DNA of 32,000 nt from Coprobacillaceae bacterium (GCA_963675915.1 OY780959.1:1050001-1082000); one strand, 5' to 3'; counted from the stretch's first letter, positions 17,643-26,265 are shown. The notes: generated by a model from the sequence alone, not told the origin. Numbers and translations: made by a program.

Positions 17643-18258
17643 ACAATTTTAATGTAAGAAGTTAAATTGTCTTGCCTATGTTAATATAATTTTTTCGAAT
17701 TGATTTAGCGATAAATTTTCATATTGTGAATGTATTCGTACTGTGTTTTAGAAAACATCAATGTACTCAAAGATTAACCTATCAGCATAGTGATTATCTT
17801 GTATTCGGAATCGATTAATCCATTCCCGCTTAATTATAGAACGAAAGATTCGATACATCCATTATCCCAGAGGTTACCTTTATCGGAGTAGTTGGTAACT
17901 ATATCTTCCGTCATATCCTTGAATAGTTTTGAAGTAGTTTGCACACCGCAATCTACGTGAGTTACAACCAGGTCTGCTGTGTTACGTCTTTGTTTTTCTT
18001 CTTCCAAGCACTTAAGCACAGCTTCGGAACATAACGTGTCACTCAATGTCCAAGCAATTATTTTTGTGGAGTATAGATCCATTATGCTGGTCATGTAGAC
18101 GAAGCCATCATCCTGAGTCCAAATATAAGTGATATCAGTACACCAGGCCGCATTAGGCTTTTCCGGATTGAAATCCTGCTTCAGGATATTTTATATTTCA
18201 TTGAAAAGTAACAATTTTTGCCTGATTTACTTACCCCTAGTTTGTTTAGCACACTACA
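17643..18258 (-). mobile_element. Internally deleted IS3-family relic inside the polysaccharide operon
   Basis: Putative ends are TGTAGTGTGCTAAACAAACTAGGGG (reverse complement at 18258) and ...CTTCTTACA (reverse complement of 17643). They match only about 12 of 24 positions and I saw no target duplication, so the boundaries are approximate. Confidence 0.45.
17666..18190 (-). pseudogene. IS3-family OrfB pseudogene (N-terminally truncated, one frameshift, one internal stop)
   Basis: The minus strand reads NPEKPNAAWCTDITYIWTQDDGFVYMTSIMDLYSTKIIAW...THVDCGVQTTS...DKGNLWDNGCIESF. After a frame change near 17845 it reads RSIIKREWINRFRIQDNHYADRLIFEYIDVF*NTVRIHSQYENLSLNQFEK, where the expected FYN is F-stop-N. 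Confidence 0.8.
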
Positions 18259-18360
18259 CTGGAAACAAAAATTTTAGCTATCTTGATAAAATCATATATT
18301 GCTTTGGGTAGTGAATAGTTTTTGTTTATATGACAACATGATTTCACAAAATAGAACACC

Positions 18361-19176
18361 TTAATTTTTTCTAGAAAATAATTCATATAAACCAAATATT
18401 GTAATAAATGTTGATGCAATATTTACTACAGTACTTTTCAAAATCCTAAGAAATAATATTTTTCTCCGAAAATTTAAGTACTTGTAATCTCTAGCAAGAA
18501 ATAACTCTACTAATTTAGCATCCTCCATATCTTTTTTTGATCCTTTATTTATCTTCCATTTTATAAATTCATCTAACGCTAGTAATTTACACCCCTCATA
18601 AGGTATATAATATTTTGGATTATTTAGTAAATCGTATGATTCTACAGAATGATATTTTACATAGTCATAATTATTTTCTATTTCGTTTATTTTTTCAACG
18701 TACCCATATTCAGTTTCTAGACTTAAAAAATCTAAATCTCCAAACTTTCTAATACCATACACCCCCAAGACAGCAGTTGAATCTAATAAAAAATCAGAAG
18801 ATTTTCCACCGCCATCGTTAACGATACTTACAAAATTTTTTATTCTTGTGGTAGCTGTAGGATATTTATATAAATCACCCTCATTTAGTAAGTGTATTCC
18901 GTTTTCATTTAAAAGTGTACACGCAAGATCATCATCTTTAATTTCAAAAGAATTTTTTACTGATGTTTCAATAGGCACAACAACAATATAGATTTCACCC
19001 GAAATCCAATAAGGAACATTTTCGTTTTGTAAAACGAACTCAATATTTGGACGAAATTTTCCGCTAACATTTGCTTCTTGCATAATTATAATTTCGATAG
19101 ATTGTGGTACAAACTTGGTAATAATACATTTGTTTAAACGACACAAGTTCAAGCTCTCTTCATAAGTAAAATTCAT
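18361..19176 (-). CDS. Hypothetical protein: unknown N-terminal domain, nucleotidyltransferase/LicD-like segment and C-terminal hydrophobic tail; paralogue of the C-terminal third of the upstream gene
   Basis: 271 aa. The LGVYGIRKFGDLDFL segment (G-x-x-G ... D-x-D) lies around 18730-18759. NPKYYIPYEGCKLLALDEFIKWKINKGSKKDMEDAKL aligns with NPSKHGYFYDMKFLAIEEYIKIKKIKGTEKDINDISL of the 19182..20648 product. The tail is ILKSTVVNIASTFITIFGLYELF. The start lies 5 nt after the upstream stop. Confidence 0.6.
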   Translation of the reverse strand: MNFTYEESLNLCRLNKCIITKFVPQSIEIIIMQEANVSGKFRPNIEFVLQNENVPYWISGEIYIVVVPIETSVKNSFEIKDDDLACTLLNENGIHLLNEGDLYKYPTATTRIKNFVSIVNDGGGKSSDFLLDSTAVLGVYGIRKFGDLDFLSLETEYGYVEKINEIENNYDYVKYHSVESYDLLNNPKYYIPYEGCKLLALDEFIKWKINKGSKKDMEDAKLVELFLARDYKYLNFRRKILFLRILKSTVVNIASTFITIFGLYELFSRKN

Positions 19177-19181
19177 GATAA

Positions 19182-20648
19182 TTAAGTTCTTCCCTTATTA
19201 ATATTTCTGTATATTTTTCGCATCAAATTATATATACACATTTTTTTGAAAATGTAACTCCCAATCAAAAATAATTTCCTTTCTACCAACTTAAACAATC
19301 TTCGAACTTTTTGATCAAAACTCAACTTTCGACTATATTCGAACTTACTAATTGCTTCTCTTAATAAACTGATATCATTTATATCTTTTTCAGTTCCTTT
19401 AATTTTTTTGATTTTAATATATTCCTCAATTGCAAGAAATTTCATATCGTAAAAATAGCCATGTTTAGAGGGATTAGATATGCATTCATTAACTAAGCGC
19501 ACTTCCTCTGGTTGATCAAATTTACTCAAAGAACTGAATTTTATCAAATCACAATCTCTGATACCGTAAATCGACAACAATGAATCAGCAACGATTATTT
19601 CATTATCATTGTGGGCATAACTATCATTTCCTAGCAATGATTGCATTATTTTCGAAAATTCAGGTGTACTTTCAAGACTTGTGTTATTTAATGCACAAAG
19701 AGAATTCTCATTTAATAGCAGTCTTATCATTTGAAGAGACTCAACAGAGTTATCTGATATATGAATAGAATGATTACCAATATTAAATAGGGAACGAACC
19801 TCTTTTTTCAATTTCAAAACTTCAAAAATATTATTACTCTCAAATACTACTATGTGCAACGGTACTCCAGGAGCATAACACGGATCAACCTTTGACATTA
19901 CGCTTTTAAAATTATTTTCAAAATTCCCAACCCAATCGTGTGCTATATAAATTTGCGACATATAGTTTCTATACCCTAAGTATGAAATATCTATATCAAA
20001 CTCAGCGATAATTGAGCCATATTTATTAAAAACTTCACCTAAATGATTTCTGGTTTCTTTATTGCTAGCAACAGGCCAAATGTTAGCAACATAGACATTA
20101 TCTTTAATTTTACAATATTCCTCAAGCAAGTGATTTAAGTAAACTGAGTCCAATAATTCATTTTTAAAATATTCATATCCAAAATTAAAACTTATGTCAG
20201 AAAAACGTATGACTTTAATTGGGAGATTTAGATAAATGGCACATGCTGCCCTATGCGCCCCATCAAGTATTTCAAAATCGGCTCCTACAGGTATAATAGA
20301 TCGTGTATAATCAAATCCATTATGTTTAATATCATTAAAAAGTTTTTTAAACTCACTTCTATAGCTTGAAATATTATTTTTTTTTTGATTTCCCGGTTCT
20401 GAAAACGTACCATGTGTAAACGCTTTTATATGTTCATTATATAAATCTTCATAATAACTACTCTCGTATCCATCATCTATTGACTTTAAATATAAATATT
20501 TTGCAACTATGTCGATTCGTTTAGCTGTAATCAATTTCCTTGGGTCAATATTTAATATTTCGTATTGTGTATTTTCGTTGATGTTGTTACCGGTGCAAAA
20601 ATGTTCTCCCAACAACATTTTGATACTATTTAAACTTATTTCGCTCAT
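19182..20648 (-). CDS. Hypothetical multidomain protein: ParB/Srx-like N-terminal domain, NDK-like middle domain, NTase/LicD-like C-terminal domain and an amphipathic/hydrophobic tail
   Basis: 488 aa. ILNIDPRKL...FNDIKHNGFDYTRSIIPVGADFEILDGAHRAACAIYLNLPIKV carries DGAHR at 20250-20264. PGVPLHIVVFESNN...VRSLFNIGNHSIHISDNSVESL (19737-19775) resembles the NDK motif N..HGSDS.ESA. YGIRDCDLIKF lies at 19548-19568. The ATG overlaps the stop of the upstream GT gene (ATGA). Confidence 0.6.
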   Translation of the reverse strand: MSEISLNSIKMLLGEHFCTGNNINENTQYEILNIDPRKLITAKRIDIVAKYLYLKSIDDGYESSYYEDLYNEHIKAFTHGTFSEPGNQKKNNISSYRSEFKKLFNDIKHNGFDYTRSIIPVGADFEILDGAHRAACAIYLNLPIKVIRFSDISFNFGYEYFKNELLDSVYLNHLLEEYCKIKDNVYVANIWPVASNKETRNHLGEVFNKYGSIIAEFDIDISYLGYRNYMSQIYIAHDWVGNFENNFKSVMSKVDPCYAPGVPLHIVVFESNNIFEVLKLKKEVRSLFNIGNHSIHISDNSVESLQMIRLLLNENSLCALNNTSLESTPEFSKIMQSLLGNDSYAHNDNEIIVADSLLSIYGIRDCDLIKFSSLSKFDQPEEVRLVNECISNPSKHGYFYDMKFLAIEEYIKIKKIKGTEKDINDISLLREAISKFEYSRKLSFDQKVRRLFKLVERKLFLIGSYIFKKMCIYNLMRKIYRNINKGRT

Positions 20649-21811
20649 AGCTGATTATCCCTCAATATAGTATTAAACATATTCCTGTATCCATCTGCAT
20701 AATCGTATTTATTGCTTTTCATAAATGCATAATCCACAGCTTTATCAGATAATGACTGAAAAACCTTAGAATTCATTTTTGCATAGAGTTCGACTAATTT
20801 TACGAATTCATTGAAATTATCCAAAGATAGTGAATTTCCAACTTCATATAGTTCTAAATCATTCCAAGGAGTTTGATCGCTTAATACGCAAACGCAACCT
20901 GCGGATAAAGCTTCTTGAATAACGTGACCATAATTTTCACCTAAAGTCGGAAACAAAAAGACATCTTCTCCTCTTAACACGTCTATTACTTCTTCAGATT
21001 CAACTGAGCCCTTATAATTACATAAAACATTTTTCGGGAGTTTAGACAATTCCAATTCACATTTTCCCCAATATTCTTTATCCTCAATAGGTCCGTATAC
21101 TGTAAATTCAATATTAATTTCAGAAGAAATATTTTGCAAAACCTTAATAGCATACAATAAATTTTTCTTTTGTGATATTCTAGAAATAAACACTATTTTT
21201 AAATTTTCTGAAACTCTCTTTTTAACATATTTCTTATGTACTTTTCTAGGTATATCTTGGGCAATAAAAAAATCAGCATTAGATTTCACTTTTCCTTTGA
21301 CTTCTGCTATTTCCAATTCAGAAGTTGTAGACCAATGAATCCCTGAAAAAATCCCTAATATATTGCATAACATTACAAAACTTTCTTTCTTATAATACTT
21401 AATTTTAAAAGCCAAAGGAGAAAAAAGACCCATTGAAGCAATTACTATCGGTTTTTTTATACACCCGATTTTACTCATTAGTAGAATCTTTATGGCATAT
21501 GAATCAAAACATCCACAAACATATATAATATCTGAATTTTGTACAAGTTTTTTCAAACAAGAAAAGGTATATTTTCCTTCTGGAACATAATAAACCATTG
21601 CGGCGCCAAGTCTATTCCACTCTGAAACTTGAATATTGGAATATTGTTTGCTATCACCTAAATCACGATCATAACATGATATATAAAAATTATACTCCTC
21701 ACCAAGAACATCTACCAAATTAGCGATTGAACGTCCTGGTCCACCACCTTTATAACCTGGTAAATATCTTCCCAAAATAATTAGAATATTATTTTTTTTT
21801 TCATCTTTCAT
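20645..21811 (-). CDS. Glycosyltransferase, GT4/GT-B fold
   Basis: 388 aa. N-terminal ILIILGRYLPGYKGGGPGRS and C-terminal PTLGENYGHVIQEALSAGCVCVLSDQTPW. ATGA overlap with the upstream GT2 gene. Confidence 0.8.
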   Translation of the reverse strand: MKDEKKNNILIILGRYLPGYKGGGPGRSIANLVDVLGEEYNFYISCYDRDLGDSKQYSNIQVSEWNRLGAAMVYYVPEGKYTFSCLKKLVQNSDIIYVCGCFDSYAIKILLMSKIGCIKKPIVIASMGLFSPLAFKIKYYKKESFVMLCNILGIFSGIHWSTTSELEIAEVKGKVKSNADFFIAQDIPRKVHKKYVKKRVSENLKIVFISRISQKKNLLYAIKVLQNISSEINIEFTVYGPIEDKEYWGKCELELSKLPKNVLCNYKGSVESEEVIDVLRGEDVFLFPTLGENYGHVIQEALSAGCVCVLSDQTPWNDLELYEVGNSLSLDNFNEFVKLVELYAKMNSKVFQSLSDKAVDYAFMKSNKYDYADGYRNMFNTILRDNQL

Positions 21812-22707
21812 GTCTTCAGGTCTCCTTGCGGTCGCATCAAAATTTCTTTTTTTTCACACTCATATAATTTAGCGTCAACTAAAAAACGATACCAATAAGC
21901 TTGCAAAAAATTAAATATTTTCCCTTCGGGTCCATCAAGAAAACCAAACTTTAGATAATACCTATAGATAAAATATAGATGTGCGCGCCAAAACATGGGT
22001 AACTTGTAATAAAATCCACTTTTAGCTAAACGTTTTAACTTTGCTTGACCAAATAAATCATTACCATTATGAGAATTCTTATGAGATAAGAGTGACATCT
22101 GATAGTCTAATACTTCACGATTACTATACCAATTATGCTTTGATGTCCACCAATCGAGGTTTTTATTATTATTGTCTATGAAATCACTTTTGAACGCTGT
22201 GATCGATCCATGCTTCAAGATCATATGCTCATCCATCATTTTTTTCTCACAGAATGCACTACCAGTTCGAAAAATACGTAATAGTAGTTCCGGATAACGG
22301 CCTCCATGTTTTATCCATCGGCCCATAAAGTAAACTCGTCTTCTTAAAACGATACCATTAGTATCCGCAGTCACATTTGGGAGTTCTAACTCAATCTCAA
22401 GAGCTAATTCCTCCATTAATTCCTCATCAGAATCCATTCTCATAGACCATTCCGTATCAATATTTGTATTTGTTAGTCCCCAATTTAGTTGATCCGCATA
22501 GTTTTTCCATTTATGTTGATAAAAATCCAAACTAGATCCAACAGCCATGAGTTCTTTATTAAGTTGAGTACATAAAATTTCAGTACTATCTGTACTGTAT
22601 GAATCTATTATGACAAATCTCTTTGCTATCCCATTGAATGACTGGATACATTTCCTTAGGTTTTTCTCCTCATTTTTAGTCAAAATTACAACAGTTAGAT
22701 CAACCAT
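21808..22707 (-). CDS. Glycosyltransferase family 2 (GT-A fold)
   Basis: VVILTKNEEKNLRKCIQSFNGIAKRFVIIDSYSTDSTEI is a classic GT2 N-terminus. The preferred start is the ATG at 22707, with GGAGGG 7 nt upstream and immediately after the acetyltransferase stop. The track start at 22755 would overlap the upstream gene by 47 nt. Confidence 0.8.
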   Translation of the reverse strand: MVDLTVVILTKNEEKNLRKCIQSFNGIAKRFVIIDSYSTDSTEILCTQLNKELMAVGSSLDFYQHKWKNYADQLNWGLTNTNIDTEWSMRMDSDEELMEELALEIELELPNVTADTNGIVLRRRVYFMGRWIKHGGRYPELLLRIFRTGSAFCEKKMMDEHMILKHGSITAFKSDFIDNNNKNLDWWTSKHNWYSNREVLDYQMSLLSHKNSHNGNDLFGQAKLKRLAKSGFYYKLPMFWRAHLYFIYRYYLKFGFLDGPEGKIFNFLQAYWYRFLVDAKLYECEKKEILMRPQGDLKT

Positions 22708-22708
22708 G

Positions 22709-23290
22709 TTATTTCCCTCCGACTTTCCTAATAACTTTTGCAGGATTTCCAACAATCACACAATTTGAATCAAATTTACCACTTACAACTGCTCCAGCAC
22801 CAACTACGCACCCATCACCTAAAACAGTACCTTTCAAAATTATACTATTACATCCTAGAAAACAGTTCTTACCTATATATATCGGCTTTGCTAATATCAA
22901 ATGGTCTAAATCATCAGAATAATTATTCAAGAATTTAAGTCGATCTTCTGCCAATATAGGATGAAAATCATTGTCTAAAATCTTACAATTACCTCCGATA
23001 GCAGTGTTTTCTCCAATGTAAATCCCTTTTCTAGCATATAATGTTGCCCCAGACATTCCAACGTTATCTCCTATTATAATTTCCGAATCAGAGGTTCTAG
23101 TAACAATAATAGTTCTACTATACAATCCAACTAAATTGCTTAAAAAAGAACTCTTTATGATTACGTTTGCTCCTAATTTTATTCTAGCGCCCTTACTATT
23201 AAATATTACCGGTACACCATGTATATGTAAATTCCTACCGTATCTCACTTTAATTATCTTCAAAAACAATTTGAACCAACCACAATTCAT
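22709..23290 (-). CDS. Hexapeptide-repeat (left-handed beta-helix) O-acetyltransferase
   Basis: IGDNVGMSGATLYARKGIYIGENTAIGGNCKILDNDFH...IGKNCFLGCNSIILKGTVLGDGCVVGAGAVVSGKF..VIVGNPAKVI. The preferred start is the ATG at 23290 (MNCGWFKL), with AGGAG 8 nt upstream. Confidence 0.85.
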   Translation of the reverse strand: MNCGWFKLFLKIIKVRYGRNLHIHGVPVIFNSKGARIKLGANVIIKSSFLSNLVGLYSRTIIVTRTSDSEIIIGDNVGMSGATLYARKGIYIGENTAIGGNCKILDNDFHPILAEDRLKFLNNYSDDLDHLILAKPIYIGKNCFLGCNSIILKGTVLGDGCVVGAGAVVSGKFDSNCVIVGNPAKVIRKVGGK

Positions 23291-23354
23291 TATAGCTCTC
23301 CTGTCATTTATAATTGCATACCACAAAATTCAAAATTCTATTTATTGATAACAG

Positions 23355-24632
23355 TTAGATGCTAATTATAGCATCTTTATATTTATTAACTGATATTTCT
23401 TTTGTCAAATGTGAAATAAGATATTCATAACTCCTATTACCCATCATTTTTACTTCCCCATTACCCGCATTGTCAATAAACCACTTTATATTTTTTTCTA
23501 CTTGATCATAATCACCTGGATTACAGCATAAACCACCATTTGTGTATTCAATCAGGCTACGAATCTCGGTTCCTTCTTCTAAAACTCCCAGTACGGGCTT
23601 TCCAACTGCCGCTATCCCATAATATTTGCTTGGGCATGATACACCTTTTATCCCAAATGTATTAACACACCAGTGTACATCTGCAGAGTTCAAACTATAG
23701 ATAAGTTCCGACTTATCTTGGTATGGTATGAAAATAGCATTGAACATATCATTCTTTTCTTTGAAATCTTTTAAATCTTCCAACACACTACCAGCCCCGA
23801 CAAAAGCAAAGACTACATCTAGACCATTTTTTGTCTTAGTCCCCGTTTTAAATTTATTCATAACCTTAATTAGATTTTCCAAGTCATAATATAAACCAAT
23901 ATTGCCAGAATACATAATGACGAATTTGCCATCCAAATTGTATCTCCTTTTGAACGCAACCACCCTTTCATGGGAATCGGATATCGGAAATATCTCATTT
24001 TCATCAATCCAATTGTTAATTAGAGCTGACTTAGGAGTATTCTCATTATTAAAGCGTTTTTCATGTGTTTCTATCAAATCACGCCCCACAGTAATTACCA
24101 AGTCACTTTTTCTACAGCTGAACTTATCTAAAATCATTAGTATCTTTATAATTAATTTGCTTCTACTATAATTAACTGCAAGAATTTGTTCTGGATTAAA
24201 ATCTTGAATATTATAAATATACTTTGCTTTTTTTAACATCTTTCCCCAAACGCCTAGTAATCCTCCTAAAATAGGAGGTTGAGAAATAGAAAAAACATAA
24301 TCGAAATTTCCGACTTTAATAGTTGCTATAATTGCCCCTAAAAAATATGATATTATATTTTTAATACGAGATATCTTGTTATCTTTACTGAATTCTGGTA
24401 CTCTAATTCTCAATACCTTCACCCCGTTGATATTCTCATTATAAAATTTACTATTTTTATAACTATCTTCAATAATGCCTAGATAACTCGGTACCACACA
24501 AATTACAGTAATGTCAAAATAATCTAACAATCCCTCCGCCAATTCGCTTAGAATTTGACCTGTTGATGCAGTATCCGGTAAATAATAATGAGCATATATT
24601 AGTAGTTTTGGCTTTTTTTCCACATTTTCCAT
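23355..24632 (-). CDS. Glycosyltransferase, GT4 (WbuB/WcaI-like); first gene of the operon as seen here
   Basis: 425 aa. KLLIYAHYYLPDTASTGQILSELAEGL is the N-terminus typical of WbuB/WcaI-like GT4 enzymes. C-terminal PSKYYGIAAVGKPVLGVLEEGTEI. AAGAGG lies 7 nt before the ATG. Confidence 0.75.
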   Translation of the reverse strand: MENVEKKPKLLIYAHYYLPDTASTGQILSELAEGLLDYFDITVICVVPSYLGIIEDSYKNSKFYNENINGVKVLRIRVPEFSKDNKISRIKNIISYFLGAIIATIKVGNFDYVFSISQPPILGGLLGVWGKMLKKAKYIYNIQDFNPEQILAVNYSRSKLIIKILMILDKFSCRKSDLVITVGRDLIETHEKRFNNENTPKSALINNWIDENEIFPISDSHERVVAFKRRYNLDGKFVIMYSGNIGLYYDLENLIKVMNKFKTGTKTKNGLDVVFAFVGAGSVLEDLKDFKEKNDMFNAIFIPYQDKSELIYSLNSADVHWCVNTFGIKGVSCPSKYYGIAAVGKPVLGVLEEGTEIRSLIEYTNGGLCCNPGDYDQVEKNIKWFIDNAGNGEVKMMGNRSYEYLISHLTKEISVNKYKDAIISI

Positions 24633-24725
24633 CCATCGACCTCTTAAACTTGTTTATATTAATACATGTAACTCGTTATAACTTATTATTGAACTTTAAC
24701 GTTTGAGTTCAATATTTATTCTAAT

Positions 24726-24756
24726 ATTATAAAATCAAAAAAACTTCCTTTTTCAA
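24726..24756 (-). promoter_or_regulatory. Candidate sigma-A promoter for the polysaccharide operon
   Basis: The minus strand reads TTGAAA (24756-24751), a 19-nt spacer, then TATAAT (24731-24726), about 95 nt upstream of the ATG at 24632. The spacer is longer than optimal and the region is AT-rich, so this could arise by chance. Confidence 0.3.
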
Positions 24757-25184
24757 ATTAAAAACAGGATTGATCAATACCACATTATCTAGTGAGATAT
24801 TAAAAAACTTTTACGAAATCACACTATGAAAATTGTTGATATATTAATCAATCCCATTGAGATATTTATTTTATTATTCTTCGTTATAAGATAGTCCATG
24901 TTAATATCCCCCAATTCCCCATAATTACGTTTAAAGCTCATTTTAAACCAGTTTTGTGTTTATCCCCTAATGATAACCACACCATTAACTTTAGATACAT
25001 TTGTTCCACAAAACCAAGACTAACGAGATAATATCACTAGATTTTCGATAAGTCAAGAACACATTTGGATATTTGTGAAACTATTTGCACAAGTGAGATA
25101 TTACTCAAATAAAACCCTAATAATTAGTTTCCAATCTCTTTTTCTTTTTATATCCAATAAAGACTAGACAACCGATGAATCCCC

Positions 25185-25778
25185 CTATGTATTGTACACT
25201 AGATCAGCCAACTGCAAAGTTCCTAGTTTGAAGATCAGTTGGTTAAGCTCAATAAACACTGAAGTTCCAAAGCTCAGCATTAAACCAAGCAAGAAAATCT
25301 GAAACCTGGTTTTCCCTTCAACTATATTCCTGAATGTTAGAAACAATAGATAAGTGTATGGAATAAACAAGATGATGTTTTCCAAGAAGTTGCAGTTAAG
25401 TCCATCTTCATCAAAATAGAACCACCATTCGCTCATGACTGTATCCAAGCCACCCCATATTCTTTCCCTATCTAAGAGTGTCCTCATAGCTAGCACATAT
25501 ATATAAAAAAAGAATACTAGATAATATTGGTATTGCCGCTCCGTTTTTAGCTTGTTGAAAAGCTTAATGATTCCGATTTTCTTTTCCTGATGTCGAAACA
25601 ACAGCATCAGTGAAACCATCAATAATGCAAAGACCAAGGACTGGATTCCATAGCTGTAAAAACAGACGAATATATCATTTGCTACAACTTTGATAATCTC
25701 TCCTACATTTATCATTTTGCCATCAACATAAGATTTAGCAATTATCAAACAATCAGTTAGATAACTCCTAAATATCAA
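25185..25778 (-). CDS. VanZ-like family membrane protein
   Basis: About 175-197 aa with 4-5 hydrophobic segments and the FLENIILFIPYTYLL motif (N..LF.P) typical of VanZ-like proteins. The track start is a TTG, and an internal ATG (MINVGEII, 25715) is equally possible. Confidence 0.6.
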   Translation of the reverse strand: MIFRSYLTDCLIIAKSYVDGKMINVGEIIKVVANDIFVCFYSYGIQSLVFALLMVSLMLLFRHQEKKIGIIKLFNKLKTERQYQYYLVFFFYIYVLAMRTLLDRERIWGGLDTVMSEWWFYFDEDGLNCNFLENIILFIPYTYLLFLTFRNIVEGKTRFQIFLLGLMLSFGTSVFIELNQLIFKLGTLQLADLVYNT

Positions 25779-26265
25779 TAATTCGCAACCTATTACACTA
25801 CATTAGTGATAAATCGACTTTATAATACTCCTGTAAAGTATATGTATACTGTAAAGACAATTGAGTCAAAAGTCAATCCTAAATTTATTAAGAAACACTA
25901 AATTTGATAATAAAATTTCAACTCAATAAATATTTATTACATTGTCGATTTTTTAAAACTCACCGAATATGTTCGCTGTAAATAATACTACATATTAAAT
26001 AAAGTCTCAACAATTCATTGAATTCTCACCTAAATTTTACACTCTGGTCAAATAATGTATTCTAGAGCCAGGAATCAAATACTTGAAATAAGCCAAGTTT
26101 CCCTGTTCAAAGCAGGCAATCAAACAAGATGCCTGTATACCATAATCCCAAATTCAAATATTCATCTTCGAGTCTCAACATTCTCCTGATAAACACAGAT
26201 TCAGCTCAAAATCAACGTCTAAGCATCATTACATTAATGAGTTAACTGATTACCTATTAATCTCA

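Noticed and set aside
18200-18360. A possible small gene or RNA in the spacer upstream of the IS3 relic (track ORF 18129..18311)
   Set aside because: The ORF overlaps the relic's left end and has no RBS or motifs. The region is better explained as the IS terminal repeat plus the original intergenic spacer.
19182-20648. The ParB-like domain protein as a plasmid partition protein, or as part of an anti-phage defence system
   Set aside because: Its start overlaps the stop of the upstream glycosyltransferase gene (ATGA), and it is followed 5 nt later by its paralogue within a co-directional GT operon. No ParA, parS-like repeats, nuclease, methylase or other defence partner is adjacent. A defence role cannot be formally excluded without homology searches.
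22709-22755. A 47-nt overlap between the acetyltransferase and GT2 genes, as implied by the ORF track
   Set aside because: An internal ATG at 22707 with a GGAGGG RBS lies directly after the acetyltransferase stop. That gives a conventional junction, so the longer start is probably not used.
26100-26200. A possible short minus-strand ORF (LRLEDEYLNLGLWYTGILFDCLL, preceded by AGGAG) in the non-coding stretch between the VanZ-like gene and IS66 copy 2
   Set aside because: It is only about 23 codons, with a TTG start 4 nt from the AGGAG and no recognisable family. It may be a gene fragment but cannot be supported from sequence alone.
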